This document shows, in pieces, positions 37,720-50,192 of a DNA stretch of 64,000 nucleotides. The translations under genes were made by a program, and so were the position numbers. The stretch spans positions 1,240,001 through 1,304,000 of the forward strand of contig NC_134032.1 of assembly GCF_964204645.1 (NCBI RefSeq), given 5' to 3'. Each line of letters opens with the position of its first letter. Within the stretch, counting starts at the first letter, position 1. Origin of the DNA: Tubulanus polymorphus. Lineage: Eukaryota; Animalia; Nemertea. The notes under the pieces are model-generated. The model saw only the letters and a program-made list of their open reading frames with translations, did not search any database and had not been told where the DNA came from.

Positions 37720-39675
37720 TGTCCTCTGCTATAGTCTGTCCTCTGCTATATAGTCTGTCCTCTGCTATAGCGTGTCCTCTGCTATAGTCTGTCCTCTGCT
37801 ATATAGTCTGTCCTCTGCTATAGCGTGTCCTCTGCTATAGTGTGCCCTCTGCTATAGTCTGTCCTCTGCTATAGTCTGTCCTCTGCTATAGCGTGTCCTC
37901 TGCTATAGTCTGTCCTCTGCTATAGTCTGTCCTCTGCTATAGCGAGTCCTCTGCTATAGTCTGTCCTCTGCTATAGTCTGTCCTCTGCTATAGTCTGTCC
38001 TCTGCTATAGCGTGTCCTCTGCTATAGTCTGTCCTCTGCTATAGCGTGTCCTCTGCTGTAGCGTGTCCTCTGCTATAGTCTGTCCTCTGCTATAGCGTGA
38101 CCTCTGCTATAGTCTGTCCTCTGCTATAGCGTGTCCTCTGCTATAGCGTGTCCTCTGCTATAGCGTGTCCTCTGCTATAGTCTGTCCTCTGCTATAGTCT
38201 GTCCTCTGCTATAGCGTGTCCTCTGCTATAGCGAGTCCTCTGCTATAGCGTGTCCTCTGCTATAGTCTGTCCTCTGCTATAGCGTGTCCTCTGCTATAGC
38301 GTGTCCTCTGCTATAGTCTGTCCTCTGCTATAGTCTGTCCTCTGCTATAGTCTGTCCTCTGCTATAGTCTGTCCTCTGCTATAGTCTGTCCTCTGCTATA
38401 GTCTGTCCTCTGCTATAGCGTGTCCTCTGCTATAGTCTGTCCTCTGCTATAGCGTGTCCTCTGCTATAGCGTGTCCTCTGCTATAGCGTGTCCTCTGCTA
38501 TAGTCTGTCCTCTGCTATAGTCTGTCCTCTGCTATAGTCTGTCCTCTGCTATAGTCTGTCCTCTGCTATAGTCTGTCCTCTGCTATAGTCTGTCCTCTGC
38601 TATAGTCTGTCCTCTGCTATAGTCTGTCCTCTGCTATAGCGTGTCCTCTGCTATAGTCTGTCCTCTGCTATAGTCTGTCCTCTGCTCTAGCGTGTCCTCT
38701 GCTATAGCGTGTCCTCTGCTATAGTCTGTCCTCTGCTATAGCGTGTCCTCTGCTATAGCGTGTCCTCTGCTATAGTCTGTCCTCTGCTATAGTCTGTCCT
38801 CTGCTATAGTCTGTCCTCTGCTATAGTCTGTCCTCTGCTATAGTCTGTCCTCTGCTATAGTCTGTCCTCTGCTATAGCGTGTCCTCTGCTATAGTCTGTC
38901 CTTTGCTATATAGTCTGTCCTCTGCTATAGTGTGCCCTCTGCTATAGCGTGTCCTCTGCTATAGTCTGTCCTCTGCTATAGTCTGTCCTCTGCTATAGTC
39001 TGTCCACTGCTATAGCGTGTCCTCTGCTATAGTCTGTCCTCTGCTATAGTCTGTCCTCTGCTATAGCGTGTCCTCTGCTATAGCGAGTCCTCTGCTATAG
39101 CGTGTCCTCTGCTATAGTCTGTCCTCTGCTATATAGTCTGTCCTCTGCTATAGCGTGTCCTCTGCTATAGCGTGTCCTCTGCTATAGTCTGTCCTCTGCT
39201 ATAGCGTGTCCTCTGCTATAGTCTGTCCTCTGCTATAGTCTGTCCTCTGCTATAGTCTGTCCTCTGCTATAGTCTGTCCTCTGCTATAGTCTGTCCTCTG
39301 CTATAGCGTGTCCTCTGCTATAGCGTGTCCTCTGCTATAGTCTGTCCTCTGCTATAGCGTGTCCTCTGCTATAGTCTGTCCTCTGCTATAGTCTGTCCTC
39401 TGCTATAGTCTGTCCTCTGCTATAGTCTGCCCTCTGCTATAGTCTGTCCTCTGCTATAGTCTGTCCTCTGCTATAGCGTGTCCTCTGCTATAGTCTGTCC
39501 TCTGCTATAGTCTGTCCTCTGCTATAGTCTGTCCTCTGCTATAGCGTGTCCTCTGCTATAGTCTGTCCTCTGCTATAGTCTGTCCTCTGCTATAGTCTGT
39601 CCTCTGCTATAGTCTGTCCTCTGCTATAGTCTGTCCTCTGCTATAGTCTGTCCTCTGCTATAGTCTGTCCTCTGC
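37720..39675. repeat. 17-bp minisatellite GTCCTCTGCTATAG(TCT/CGT), ~115 copies
   Basis: Tandem copies of two alternating variants. Confidence 0.97.
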
Positions 39676-40286
39676 AGACTTGAGTGTAGTGTACCTATAT
39701 TTTTGGTAATGTTATACAGATTTATGGTGGGTTCAGACCGTAACTAATTTCAGGGTGCGAACCAAAACGAAAGCCTTCATCGAATACATGTACTTGAAAA
39801 TCTTTTATTCGTGATAAAAACTATTAATAATGTCGTATTAAATGTTCGCATAAAATATATATAGAAAATAACCATAATTATCTGAATATTACATCATTTA
39901 CATTGTAACGGAAGAGTTTGATTTATTTGGTCCTAGTTCGAGACAGTAGTCTAGGCTTCTGGAATATTCAGCAGTGTTTGTTCATCGCAAGTGCGGATAT
40001 TTTGCCAATACGGCATTATTTTGGTCGCCATTTCTTCTTGTCCACCGGGCTACTGCGATTTTATGCTTCAAAGCTTTTATCCCACTCGATACAACGGTTG
40101 ATAGTGCCACCAATCGGACTGCCTGTGTAGGGCAAGTTGATTTTTGGGGGGGGGGGGGGGGCTAGCGAAATTTCAGCTTAAATCGAACCCTGTATTATGC
40201 CTAGTACATAACAAATATACCGGTAGTTAAAACTAATGAGCACGCCGCAAGTGATGGGTTAAAATCTTCAAAGCTTTTTTCACTTA

Positions 40287-40780
40287 CAGTCAACCCCCGA
40301 TATACCGCCCCACATCGGTGCAGAACGATTTTGGCGGTATATTGAGAGTATAGCGGTATATCGGGGCTGTTTTACTGTGTATTTGTATAGAGATGTACAT
40401 TGAGTAAAAACCTGGGGTCAGTTGCTCAAAAGTTGTTTAGAGTTAACCAGTGGATAGTTGACATAGTGACAATTAAAAGTTCATTGTTACTATAGTATTT
40501 ATCAGGGGCTGCAGTTGCTCAAAGGTTGGTTAGAGTTAACCAGTGGATAGTTGACATAGTGACAATTAAAAGTTCATTGTTACTATGGCATTTATCCACT
40601 GGTTATCTTTAACCAACTTTTGAGCAACTGGCCCCTGGTGGTAGGCAGGGATGGCGGTATATGGCAGGGCGGTATAGCGGGGGTGTTTTACTATGTATTT
40701 GTGCAGAGATATACATCGAGAAAACCTGGCGGTAGGCGGGGTGTCGGTAAATGGGAGGGTGGTATATCGGGGGTTGACTG
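40287..40780. mobile_element. Tc1/mariner-type MITE (TA TSD) containing a nested H3 Harbinger-type MITE (40415-40634, CTG TSD)
   Basis: ta|CAGTCAACCCCCGATATACC...GGTATATCGGGGGTTGACTG|ta; inner ctg|GGGTCAGTTGCTC...GAGCAACTGGCCC|ctg. Confidence 0.82.
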
Positions 40781-40908
40781 TATTCCTTTTTTTCTTGAAT
40801 TTAGAGATTAGAGCGCGTTAACGACATAATTAACCAAATCAAAATTAGAGCTATACCCTGAAAACGAGAATAACACCGCATGAGCAAAATATCAACGCGC
40901 GCAGTTAA

Positions 40909-43900
40909 TTAACAATTACAAGGTGATTGATTATTTCTATTCCTCGATCCTCCGTGAACGGTTAGATCCACCGTATCGTTTTCGGCCGCGTCGTTTTTCG
41001 GAGGGTAAAATTCGGTGACGGTGGCGAATACTTTCTGAAACGCGACATCGATATTATCGCCAGTGAGACTGGACGTCTCGTAATACGGAACGGTCGCGCG
41101 CGGCGCCGCCGTCGACAGATTGTTTATAGTACGCGTGAACTCGAATGCCTGTCGTTCGGTTACTCGGCGACCGGAGCCGCCGGCGATTAGGTCCGATTTG
41201 GTCCCGATGACGACTTTGACGCAGTTTTCGGTACCGTTTTCTAAAAGCGGTATAAATCGATCGCTGAAAATAGAATAGAATTTTCAAGCTACAGATATTT
41301 CAAATCCTACACGGGCTATTCATTCGAGTTCATCGCCTATGTGGTCAGTAACCTGTCTGCGGTTTAGTTTCACGATCGGATATTTTCACAAACCACATCC
41401 GATTATAAAAGGCTTACGACCAACGATTAGGTAACTAACTAATAGCCTATGCAGATTTTTGCTGGAATACGTAACAAGAAAACAGAAATGACTGGTACGG
41501 TTATTGCGACAGTTTAACCCTTTCAGTGCTGACTAATCAATACCCTATAGTGCTGGAGATAATTATGAAAATTTTGAAAATTCCATCCTAGTGTGTTGAA
41601 TAACGGGAATACCACTATAGTGCGTCTACACCGCGGTGCAGTGTATCATTAGTTACTAATATTTCACTATGTTTTACTGGTGCTGCCATCTTTAAATAAT
41701 GATAAAAATTAATCACCCGTACTAATTACATCAATACACCGCAGTACGGTGTACTAGCAAAATCCATCACCGATTCATACACCGCACTGCAGTGTAGACG
41801 CACTGAAAGGGTTAACCAATTTGACTGGTGACGAATTAACCCGCTAATGCTAATTCGGATCATTTAGGACAAATGAAATTAATCCAGTTTTTAGAATTCC
41901 AGATTAACATAGGCCTAATACAGCGGAACCTCATTGCAACTTTCCAGGGACCAGAAAATCTATTCGTTTGTTATATATCCAGTATGAAAGTAATTGATAT
42001 CGTCATATTTGGAATTCTAGGTTTTTCATAACCGATGAATTGTTGTATCAGAGGTCATTAAAACGACACTCAACTTGATCCAGTTCCACGGTTTTGAGTT
42101 AAGATTTGACTCTGAGTTAAAAACATTGAAGTGAGTTAACTTTAACTCAGAGGTTACTCTAACTCTAACAACTGTGGAACTGGAACCTTAGCTCCGAGTT
42201 AGGATTTGACTCAGAGTTTACTCTAACTCTAACAACTGTGGAACTGGATCCTTAGCTCCGAGTTAGGATTTGACTCAGAGTTTACTCTAACTCTAACAAC
42301 TGTGGAACTGGATCTTTAGCTCCGAGTTAGGATTTGACTCGGAGTTTACTCTAACTCTAACAACTGTGGAACTGGATCCTTAGCTCCGAGTTAGGATTTA
42401 ACTCAGAGGTTACTCTAACTCTAACAACTGTGGAACTGGATCCTTAGCTCCGAGTTAGGATTTGACTCAGAGTTTACTCTAACTCTAACAACTGTGGAAC
42501 TGGATCCTTAGCTCCGAGTTAGGATTTAACTCAGAGTTTACTCTAACTCTAACGACTGTGGAACTGGATCCTTAGCTCCGAGTTAGGATTTGACTCAGAG
42601 TTTACTCTAACTCTAACTGTGGAACTGGATCCTTAGCTCCGAGTTAGGATTTGACTCAGAGTTTACTCTAACTCTAACAACTGTGGAACTGGATCTTTAG
42701 CTCCGAGTTAGGATTTGACTCAGAGTTTACTCTAACTCTAACAACTGTGGAACTGGATCCTTAGCTCCGAGTTAGGATTTAACTCAGAGTTTACTCTAAC
42801 TCTAACGACTGTGGAACTGGATCCTTAGCTCCGAGTTAGGATTTGACTCAGAGTTTACTCTAACTCTAACAACTGTGGAACTGGATCTTTAGCTTCGAGT
42901 TAGGATTTGACTCAGAGTTTACTCTAACTCTAACAACTGTGGAACTGGATCTTTAGCTCCGAGTTAGGATTTGACTCGGAGTTTACTCTAACTCTAACAA
43001 CTGTGGAACTGGATCCTTAGCTCCGAGTTAGGATTTGACTCAGAGTTTACTCTAACTCTAACAACTGTGGAACTGGATCTTTAGCTCCGAGTTAGGATTT
43101 GACTCAGAGTTTACTCTAACTCTAACAACTGTGGAACTGGATCTTTAGCTCCGAGTTAGGATTTGACTCAGAGTTTACTCTAACTCTAACAACTGTGGAA
43201 CTGGATCCTTAGCTCCGAGTTAGGATTTGACTCAGAGTTTACTCTAACTCTAACAACTGTGGAACTGGATCTTTAGCTCCGAGTTAGGATTTGACTCAGA
43301 GTTTACTCTAACTCTAACAACTGTGGAACTGGATCCTTAGCTCCGAGTTAGGATTTGACTCAGAGTTTACTCTAACTCTAACAACTGTGGAACTGGATCT
43401 TTAGCTCCGAGTTAGGATTTGACTCAGAGTTTACTCTAACTCTAACAACTGTGGAACTGGATCCTTAGCTCCGAGTTAGGATTTGACTCAGAGGTTACTC
43501 TAACTCTAACGACTGTGAAACTGGATCTTTAGCTCCGAGTTAGGATTTGACTCAGAGTTTACTCTAACTCTAACGACTGTGGAACTGGATCCTTAGCTCC
43601 GAGTTAGGATTTGACTCAGAGTTTACTCTAACTCTAACAACTGTGGAACTGGATCTTTAGCTCCGAGTTAGGATTTGACTCAGAGTTTACTCTAACTCTA
43701 ACAACTGTGGAACTGGATCCTTAGCTCCGAGTTAGGATTTAACTCAGAGTTTACTCTAACTCTAACGACTGTGGAACTGGATCCTTAGCTCCGAGTTAGG
43801 ATTTGACTCAGAGTTTACTCTAACTCTAACAACTGTGGAACTGGATCTTTAGCTTCGAGTTAGGATTTGACTCAGAGTTTACTCTAACTCTAACAACTGT

Positions 43901-46139
43901 GGAACTGGATCCAGTAATTTACATTACTTGGTGTGTATAACATCAATACATGCAATGGACCAGAATAAAAACCAGATTAAACTGATCCGGATTAAGCTCA
44001 ACTTTAATGAATATATATATATATATATATCTTACTGTAAAGCTTCGAATGATTTGGAGTTCGTCAGATCGAAGCAGAGTAACGCACCCGCCGCCCCTCG
44101 GCAATAGAATGAACTCAACCCTGAGAATCTCTCTTCACCTGCGGTATCCTGAAAATTAAACGATCGCATGATAAATCCAAGGGGGGTTTTTCAGGGTCCG
44201 GGGATCTCGATCGTAACCGGCTTCGTACCCATAATGCTATATTTTTATCGCCCCATCTCTTCAGAGTAAATGACGCACCGATTGTCTGAAGTAAAGAAAA
44301 AATATTATCTTAAATTTGCGGCCCATACTGAATATCAGACGGCACCAGGCACAGATACTGGATATGCTAATTAGCCATCAGGTGTCACTAAAGCTATGAC
44401 CGTATGTTTAGGGGGGTCTTAGGGTTAGCGACACTCTCATTAAATACATCTATACTGAACCTAAGACCCCCTACAGATTTCCCTACAACGTCTGACCTGA
44501 AAATGCCAAAAAACAGGTTGCGGTGATTTCCGATTCTTACAATTAAACCACAGATTTTGGGGCCAACGCAATTTATAGAAATTTAACAAAGAATGAAATC
44601 TGCAATCCAATGTCGGAATCCCAGAATTCATACAGAATCCGAAATTCCCTGATTTTTACCGTGGACTCTACTGCGACGCAGATTCAATAATACGTTGTTA
44701 ACCCTTTAGGTCTGAGGCCTAAAATAAGCACTTTCGACCGAGACCTTGTGCGGGAATGACAGCTAGATTGATATTAGACCACTCCCTAATTATAAATTCT
44801 ACCGCTATTTAAAACTTACACTGGTAATCGAGTCTTTGAATACGCCATCTATATACCTGGTGAGAAGTGAGGTTTTACCTACATCGGCATCACCCAACAG
44901 CACCACTTTATAATCACTGTGGGTGAAAATAATTGGTAGAATTATTACAACAAACAGTCTGCATAGTTACGGGGGGAATCTGTACTAAATCTACGTACGC
45001 CGAGCGTGAAAAAATAGGGATAGGCTAATGTTAGATATGAATGAACTCGTCCAGCTTCCAGTCGTATGTTCTGAGGCTCAGTGGGTAAAACACTCTACTA
45101 TTTTTCCGTTTGGTTTCGAATCTCAATTTTGCAAGTCAGAATTTTACTGTGTTGCGCATGCGCTAACTGTACTCCATAACCGAGTTAACGGACTCTGTAA
45201 CTGGAGCCACATCGTTATTACTGGTGTGACTCAGAGAGGAAACGAGCACATTTCCAGGAAAAAAGGCAAATTCTGCAGAGATCTGGATGATCATATGGAT
45301 CCGGTTCTACAGTTATGAGTTAGAGTTAACTGTGAACTCAGGATCCAGTTCCACAGTTGTGAGTTAGAGTTAACTCTGAACTCAGGATCCGGTTCCACAG
45401 TTGTGAGTTAGAGTTAACTGTGAACTGGGGATCCAGTTCCACAGTTGTGAGTTAGAGTTAACTGTGAACTGGGGATCCAATTCAACAGTTGTGAGTTAGA
45501 GTTAACTGTGAACTCGGGATCCAGTTCCACAGTTGTGAGTTAGAGTTAACTCTGAACTCGGGATCCAATTCAACAGTTGTGATTTAGAGTTTACTGTGAA
45601 CCCAGGATCCGGTTCCACAGTTGTGGGTTAGAGTTAACTCTGAACCCAGGATCCGGTTCCACAGTTGTGGGTTAGAGTTAACTCTGAACTCAGGATCCGG
45701 TTACACAGTTGTGGGTTAGAGTTAACTGTGAAGTCAGGAGCCAGTTCCACAGTTGTGAATCAAAATTAACTCTAAAAGATTAGTTAAAATTAGTTCATTT
45801 TCAATAAGATAACTCTGAGTCAAATGTTAACTCACAACTGTTGAACTGGATCATGGACAACAAAATGCAGGCAAAAGTTTATGATCAGGTTTCATTGGGG
45901 TTTCGGTGGGGTTTAACGCCTGAAATGGACAAGATGCGCACTCGCATGTTGTAAAAGTTACGTCAGATCATTTTTTGTGCTGAGTTTATTCCGCGCAAAT
46001 CGTGGAAAATTCTGGAAATTGCAGTAGATTGAAGCGGGGAGGGGTAATCTACAAGCCCCTGTGTGTGAAGTGTGACAGAGACCCCTGTCTTTTCGACTTA
46101 CGCAGTTTGTTTCTTTAGTGACAGTGTTGAAGAAGCCAT
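40909..46139 (-). CDS. RAB20: Rab20-like small GTPase (Rab family), 5 exons, ~219 aa
   Basis: Exons (minus) 46139-46102, 44916-44820, 44285-44229, 44148-44036, 41263-40909, all GT-AG and phase-consistent (660 nt). Product: MASSTLSLKKQTADYKVVLLGDADVGKTSLLTRY..STIGASFTLKRWGDKNIALWDTAGEERFSGLSSFYCRGAAGALLCFD..DRFIPLLE..VVIGTKSDL..YYETSSLTGDNI..SPCNC*. G1-G5 motifs and a C-terminal CxC prenylation site are present. The KxW..NIxxW, YCRGA and DRF motifs point to Rab20 rather than Rab24. Confidence 0.88.
41518..41811. mobile_element. piggyBac-type MITE, copy 6
   Basis: TTAA TSD and TIR. Confidence 0.88.
42077..43913. repeat. 64-bp satellite (~27 copies) grown from a MITE end, in Rab20-like intron
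   Basis: Starts with a full copy of the 2565-2668 family, then GGATCYTTAGCTCCGAGTTAGGATTTGACTCAGAGTTTACTCTAACTCTAACAACTGTGGAACT repeated. Confidence 0.93.
45296..45852. repeat. 44-bp satellite (~11 copies) grown from the same MITE family, opposite orientation
   Basis: GGATCCAGTTCCACAGTTGTGAGTTAGAGTTAACTSTGAACTCA repeated, ending in the remainder of the MITE. Confidence 0.9.
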
Positions 46140-46400
46140 CACTTCGTCCACATCGTATCCAACAAACTACGACGGCGTCAATTACTGGATCCTGTTCCGC
46201 ATCCGATTTTAGTGGAATACGTTCATTATAATTCAAAGAGGAAAGTGGGCAGGCGTGGATCCTCTCACGGGACGCTACAGTTTCATCGAAGTGAGATTGT
46301 TTTGGGGATTTCCGTCAAAAATACTTCCGGGTTTATAACGCCATCTAGAGGATTTTCGGCGAACTATCGGTGGTCGCGGTCACACAGGCCGCTTTACTAA
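46140..46400. promoter_or_regulatory. Candidate bidirectional promoter between Rab20-like (-) and zinc-finger (+) genes
   Basis: Head-to-head coding starts are ~0.7 kb apart. ETS-type ACTTCCGG at 46323-46330 and CTCF-like CGCCATCTAGAGG at 46339-46351. Confidence 0.45.
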
Positions 46401-46825
46401 AGTTAAAACCAAACCACATGATTACCCGAAACAGCGGAACATCATAAAATGTATTTGCGGGGTTTCCATTATAAATGTACAACACCCGAACGTTAGAGCT
46501 TGCCTAACTCGCTCGAACTTTGGCCGATCCTTTAGCACCTGAGAATAACTTGTACTTGGCGCATTGTGCTGCGCCCGGATCAAACCAACCCGGAGCTTAA
46601 TGTTTAAAATTTGTACATCATATTGATTGAAAAATGCAGATGATGGTTAAATCTATGTAAACACAGCTCGCAAAAAGCTCGTGCCTAATACGCTAATATT
46701 CATTTCCGTACCGTAACGCTTATTGAGTTTGCATTTTACTCGAAGATCTGCGACGCCGTATCCGATATGACCCGTAGACTCGTGACGCCATGTAACTGCT
46801 GAACTCCGCAGTGGATGCTCCCCTG

Positions 46826-48340
46826 ATGGAGGGAACAGGCCGCGTTATGACACTTGCCTCCTGTAGCAGCACCCCCAGTGAAATGCAGCCTTCTTCAATC
46901 AGCAGAATCGACTGCAGCTTCACTCAACAACCACCAGCAGCAAACTCTAATAAATGGCATCACCACAACAATAATAGTGATCTCGTCAATTTCAATGAAG
47001 GTGTGTTACTACTAAATACTACTGTTTAAAGCTCCAGCCAATCACAGGCAAATTATCCACTTCCTTCACTTTTCTAAAATTTAAGTATTTCAATATTATT
47101 TTGCAATCACAATCAATTGCAAAACGTGTTCCAAAATTGTGGTGAGTTTCAGTCATTGGCTTCAGTATATGTTCACCAGGGGGCGTTGAATATCGAAATT
47201 GTCAGATAGTTGAGCATTTCAAACCAAGCGTCCCCAAGGACCCGTAGTTTGATACATCCCGAGGTTCCATTCCGAAAAACATTATCTGACTGTTTGATAT
47301 TTCCAGCAGGTTGCGATAAATCGGCGGACAGCGGAGGAGGAGGAGGAGCGACGATGAAACAGAGGAGCCACTTCTGTACGGTGTGCGATAAGTCGTTTAA
47401 CTGGAGGAGTAATTTAAAGGAGCACTTGGCGTCGCACACGAACTATCGTCCGTTTAACTGTCGTCTGTGCGGTAAATGTTTCAACCGAAGCGGTAATTTA
47501 AACCGTCACATGTTGTCGCACACGGCGAATAAACCGTTCAGCTGCGCGACGTGCGCCAAATCGTTCTCGCGCAAGTGTCTACTAACGGCGCACGAGTTTC
47601 GGCACACGGGCGCGCGCCCGTTCGAGTGCGACGTGTGCCACGCCGCGTTCAAACAGAAGGCGCACATGAACGACCACCGACGCGGTCACTTCGCCGAGAA
47701 GTTCGCGTGCGATTACTGCGCGAAGAGTTACACGCGTCGGTGGCAGTTAAACGCGCACATGAAAGTGCACACGGACGAGACGGGCGTCGTGCCGCACACG
47801 TGCGCCGTGTGCCGCGCTGAATTCGCGTACGTCTGCCTGAAAAACGCGCACGTCTCGGCGGAGCACGGCGACACCGCGAACTCGTTCGAAACTGACTTAC
47901 CGGTGAATAAAACGACAGCGGCTGGTGCGGAGAGGCGGTACAGCTGCAGGTGCGGCGTGTGCGGGATGCAGTTCGGTCGTTTGTTCCAATTAGAGAAACA
48001 CCTGGCGTTCCATCGGAAGTGCGACGCCTGGAAACGCGGCGTCGAGTTCACCGAGGGCGAATACGTCGGTAAACTGACGCGACGCGAGAAATATGGAAAC
48101 CTACACGATAAACACGCTCGACACGCGTGCGACGTGTGCGGTCGCAGATTTCACCGCCCGTACCGATTACGACGCCACCTAGCGACGCATCGTCGTACTA
48201 CCGCCGTCGATTTAACAACCGCGAAGTTTCATGACGCGGGTAAAATCACAATGGCGAATGACTCTACGGTTGTTTATGATAGTAATGACCTGGAATCAAA
48301 AGGTGAACTCTCAGAAATAGAAGACGCACTACTGACGTGA
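46826..48340 (+). CDS. C2H2 zinc-finger protein (~8 fingers), Kruppel-type
   Basis: The ORF at 47210-48340 holds CxxC..H..H fingers with HT.xx.PF linkers. Probable exon 46826-47000 (GAAG|gtgtgt, phase 1) joins a NAGNAG acceptor ttcCAG/CAG at 47307/47310 in frame. The start codon is uncertain. Confidence 0.85.
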
Positions 48341-48367
48341 GTCACTGAGTGACTGGTCATAGACAGG

Positions 48368-48726
48368 TTAATGTCAGTCACAGACGGGTTTATACTTTAT
48401 ATCTGTCGCAGACTGGCTGCGATCCTGCAATAAGAAATGTCAGTCACAGACTTCATATCTGTCTCAGACAGGCTGCGATCCTGCAATAAGAAATGTCAGT
48501 CACAGACTTCATATCTGTCTCAGACGGGCTGCGATCCTGCAATCAGAAATATCAGTCACAGACAGGTTATACTTCATATCTGTCGCAGACTGGCGGCGAT
48601 CCTGCGATCTGAAATGTCAGTCACAGACTTCATATCTGTCTCAGACTGGCGGCGATCCAGCAATCAGTAATGTCAGTCACAGACTTCATATCTGTCTCAG
48701 ACTGGCGGCGATCCTGCAATCAGAAA
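48368..48726. repeat. ~56-bp minisatellite in zinc-finger 3'UTR
   Basis: AATGTCAGTCACAGACTTCATATCTGTCTCAGACTGGCGGCGATCCTGCAAT. Confidence 0.9.
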
Positions 48727-50192
48727 CTCTGATGATAAACAGTTCATTCATTCAATTGCAAGTCACTGTTTAAATGCTGATAATGTTACCACTGTGCTGG
48801 ATCCAGATCGGGTGGCATCGCAATCCTCCTGATGCTGCTGATACAGGGTCCCTACGATTCCTTGATTCATCCTTCTAAACAGAGAATGCTTTTAAAAGCG
48901 CTTGAAACTACTTTAGTCTGAACAAAATGCCAAAAACTTAAATTTTGAGAAATAGGCAATTTGAAATGTTTGTAGTTGTCCGGTAGGCTGCGCCTAAATA
49001 GGTACACTTGGAACCAGGATTTTTTTTACCCAATTAGGCAGTCTTTGTGCCCCTGTATCGGCCCCTGGACCATGGAGATTATGCAATCATGTTAGTTAGT
49101 GATGGATATTAAATCATGTTTGGTAAGAAATGTCAGTAGTCATATTGATCGCTGTTCTAGCTGAGCCTCGTTTGTTTTGTTTGTATTTTTGTGTTTGATT
49201 TTATTATTTGTTTCGAATTTTAGCTCGATATTATGAATGCATTTATAATTGTTTAATATATTAGATTGAATTGTTGTTTTTATGGAAAAGAAGAAACTCT
49301 GTAAATTGTGGAAGAATGATCATTTGAAAAGAACTGATTCTGATTTAGCGAAGAAACTCTTCTTATTTCATTTATTGGATTATTTTTAACTTAACCAGGT
49401 CTGATCAACGGCTCAGAATTGGCTCAGTCGTGTGTAGATGGAATTCAGTTATTCTGGGAAGTCTAAGGGATTGCCAGGGTTCGATTGCCTCCCGCTGAAG
49501 CTCACGTCACCCATACCCTCATTGGTCTACAACTGACGTGACATTCGATTTGAATTGAAGTGGCTATTATAACAACAGGTCCATATGTTCGAAGACAGTG
49601 TTTAGAATTGACTTGATAGTAGTGAGTGAATGCATTGCGAGATATCAGTTTTATTAGTGAAAACAAATTCACATTTCCAGTGTCCTTTGAACCGCAGTTT
49701 CATATGGTAATTCCTTGGGTCTTGTAGGCTAATCAAATAAATCGTAGGTAATTCTTGGTGCAATGGGACGTTACTTAAAATTCTACGATCTTATGTCCTT
49801 TTAGGACACGAGCAAAACGACGGCTTAACGTTAACAAAAGCTCATCAGTCGATAATGAATTGGAGGATTATCAGATATTTTGCCTGAAATAAGTGAATAA
49901 ATCAATCGATGATAATAAAAACCAATTTGTTATACAGTAATCATCGCGCTTTACAATGGAAATACATATGAAAGCACACAATTATTTAAATGCCAAAACA
50001 AGAACATTTAAAAACACTGAAAGTGTAGACATTATTCAATTAATGGTAAAAAGCTTTCCTAAAAAGATGTTTTGAGGTATGCGTTTAAAAGTATCAACGG
50101 ATTCCCGAATACATTAAGTCTACCAACTGCGTTCACCATTTGAGGAAATTTACGTTCATTTTATATAATTAAGTTGGTTGATGTGTTTTGTA

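Noticed and set aside
46720-46923. Minus-strand ORF as first Rab exon
   Set aside because: No phase-compatible donor; exon 46139-46102 has an ATG, a consensus GTAAGT donor and the correct phase.
47551-48051. Alternative-frame and antisense ORFs in the zinc-finger exon
   Set aside because: Shadows of GC-rich coding sequence.
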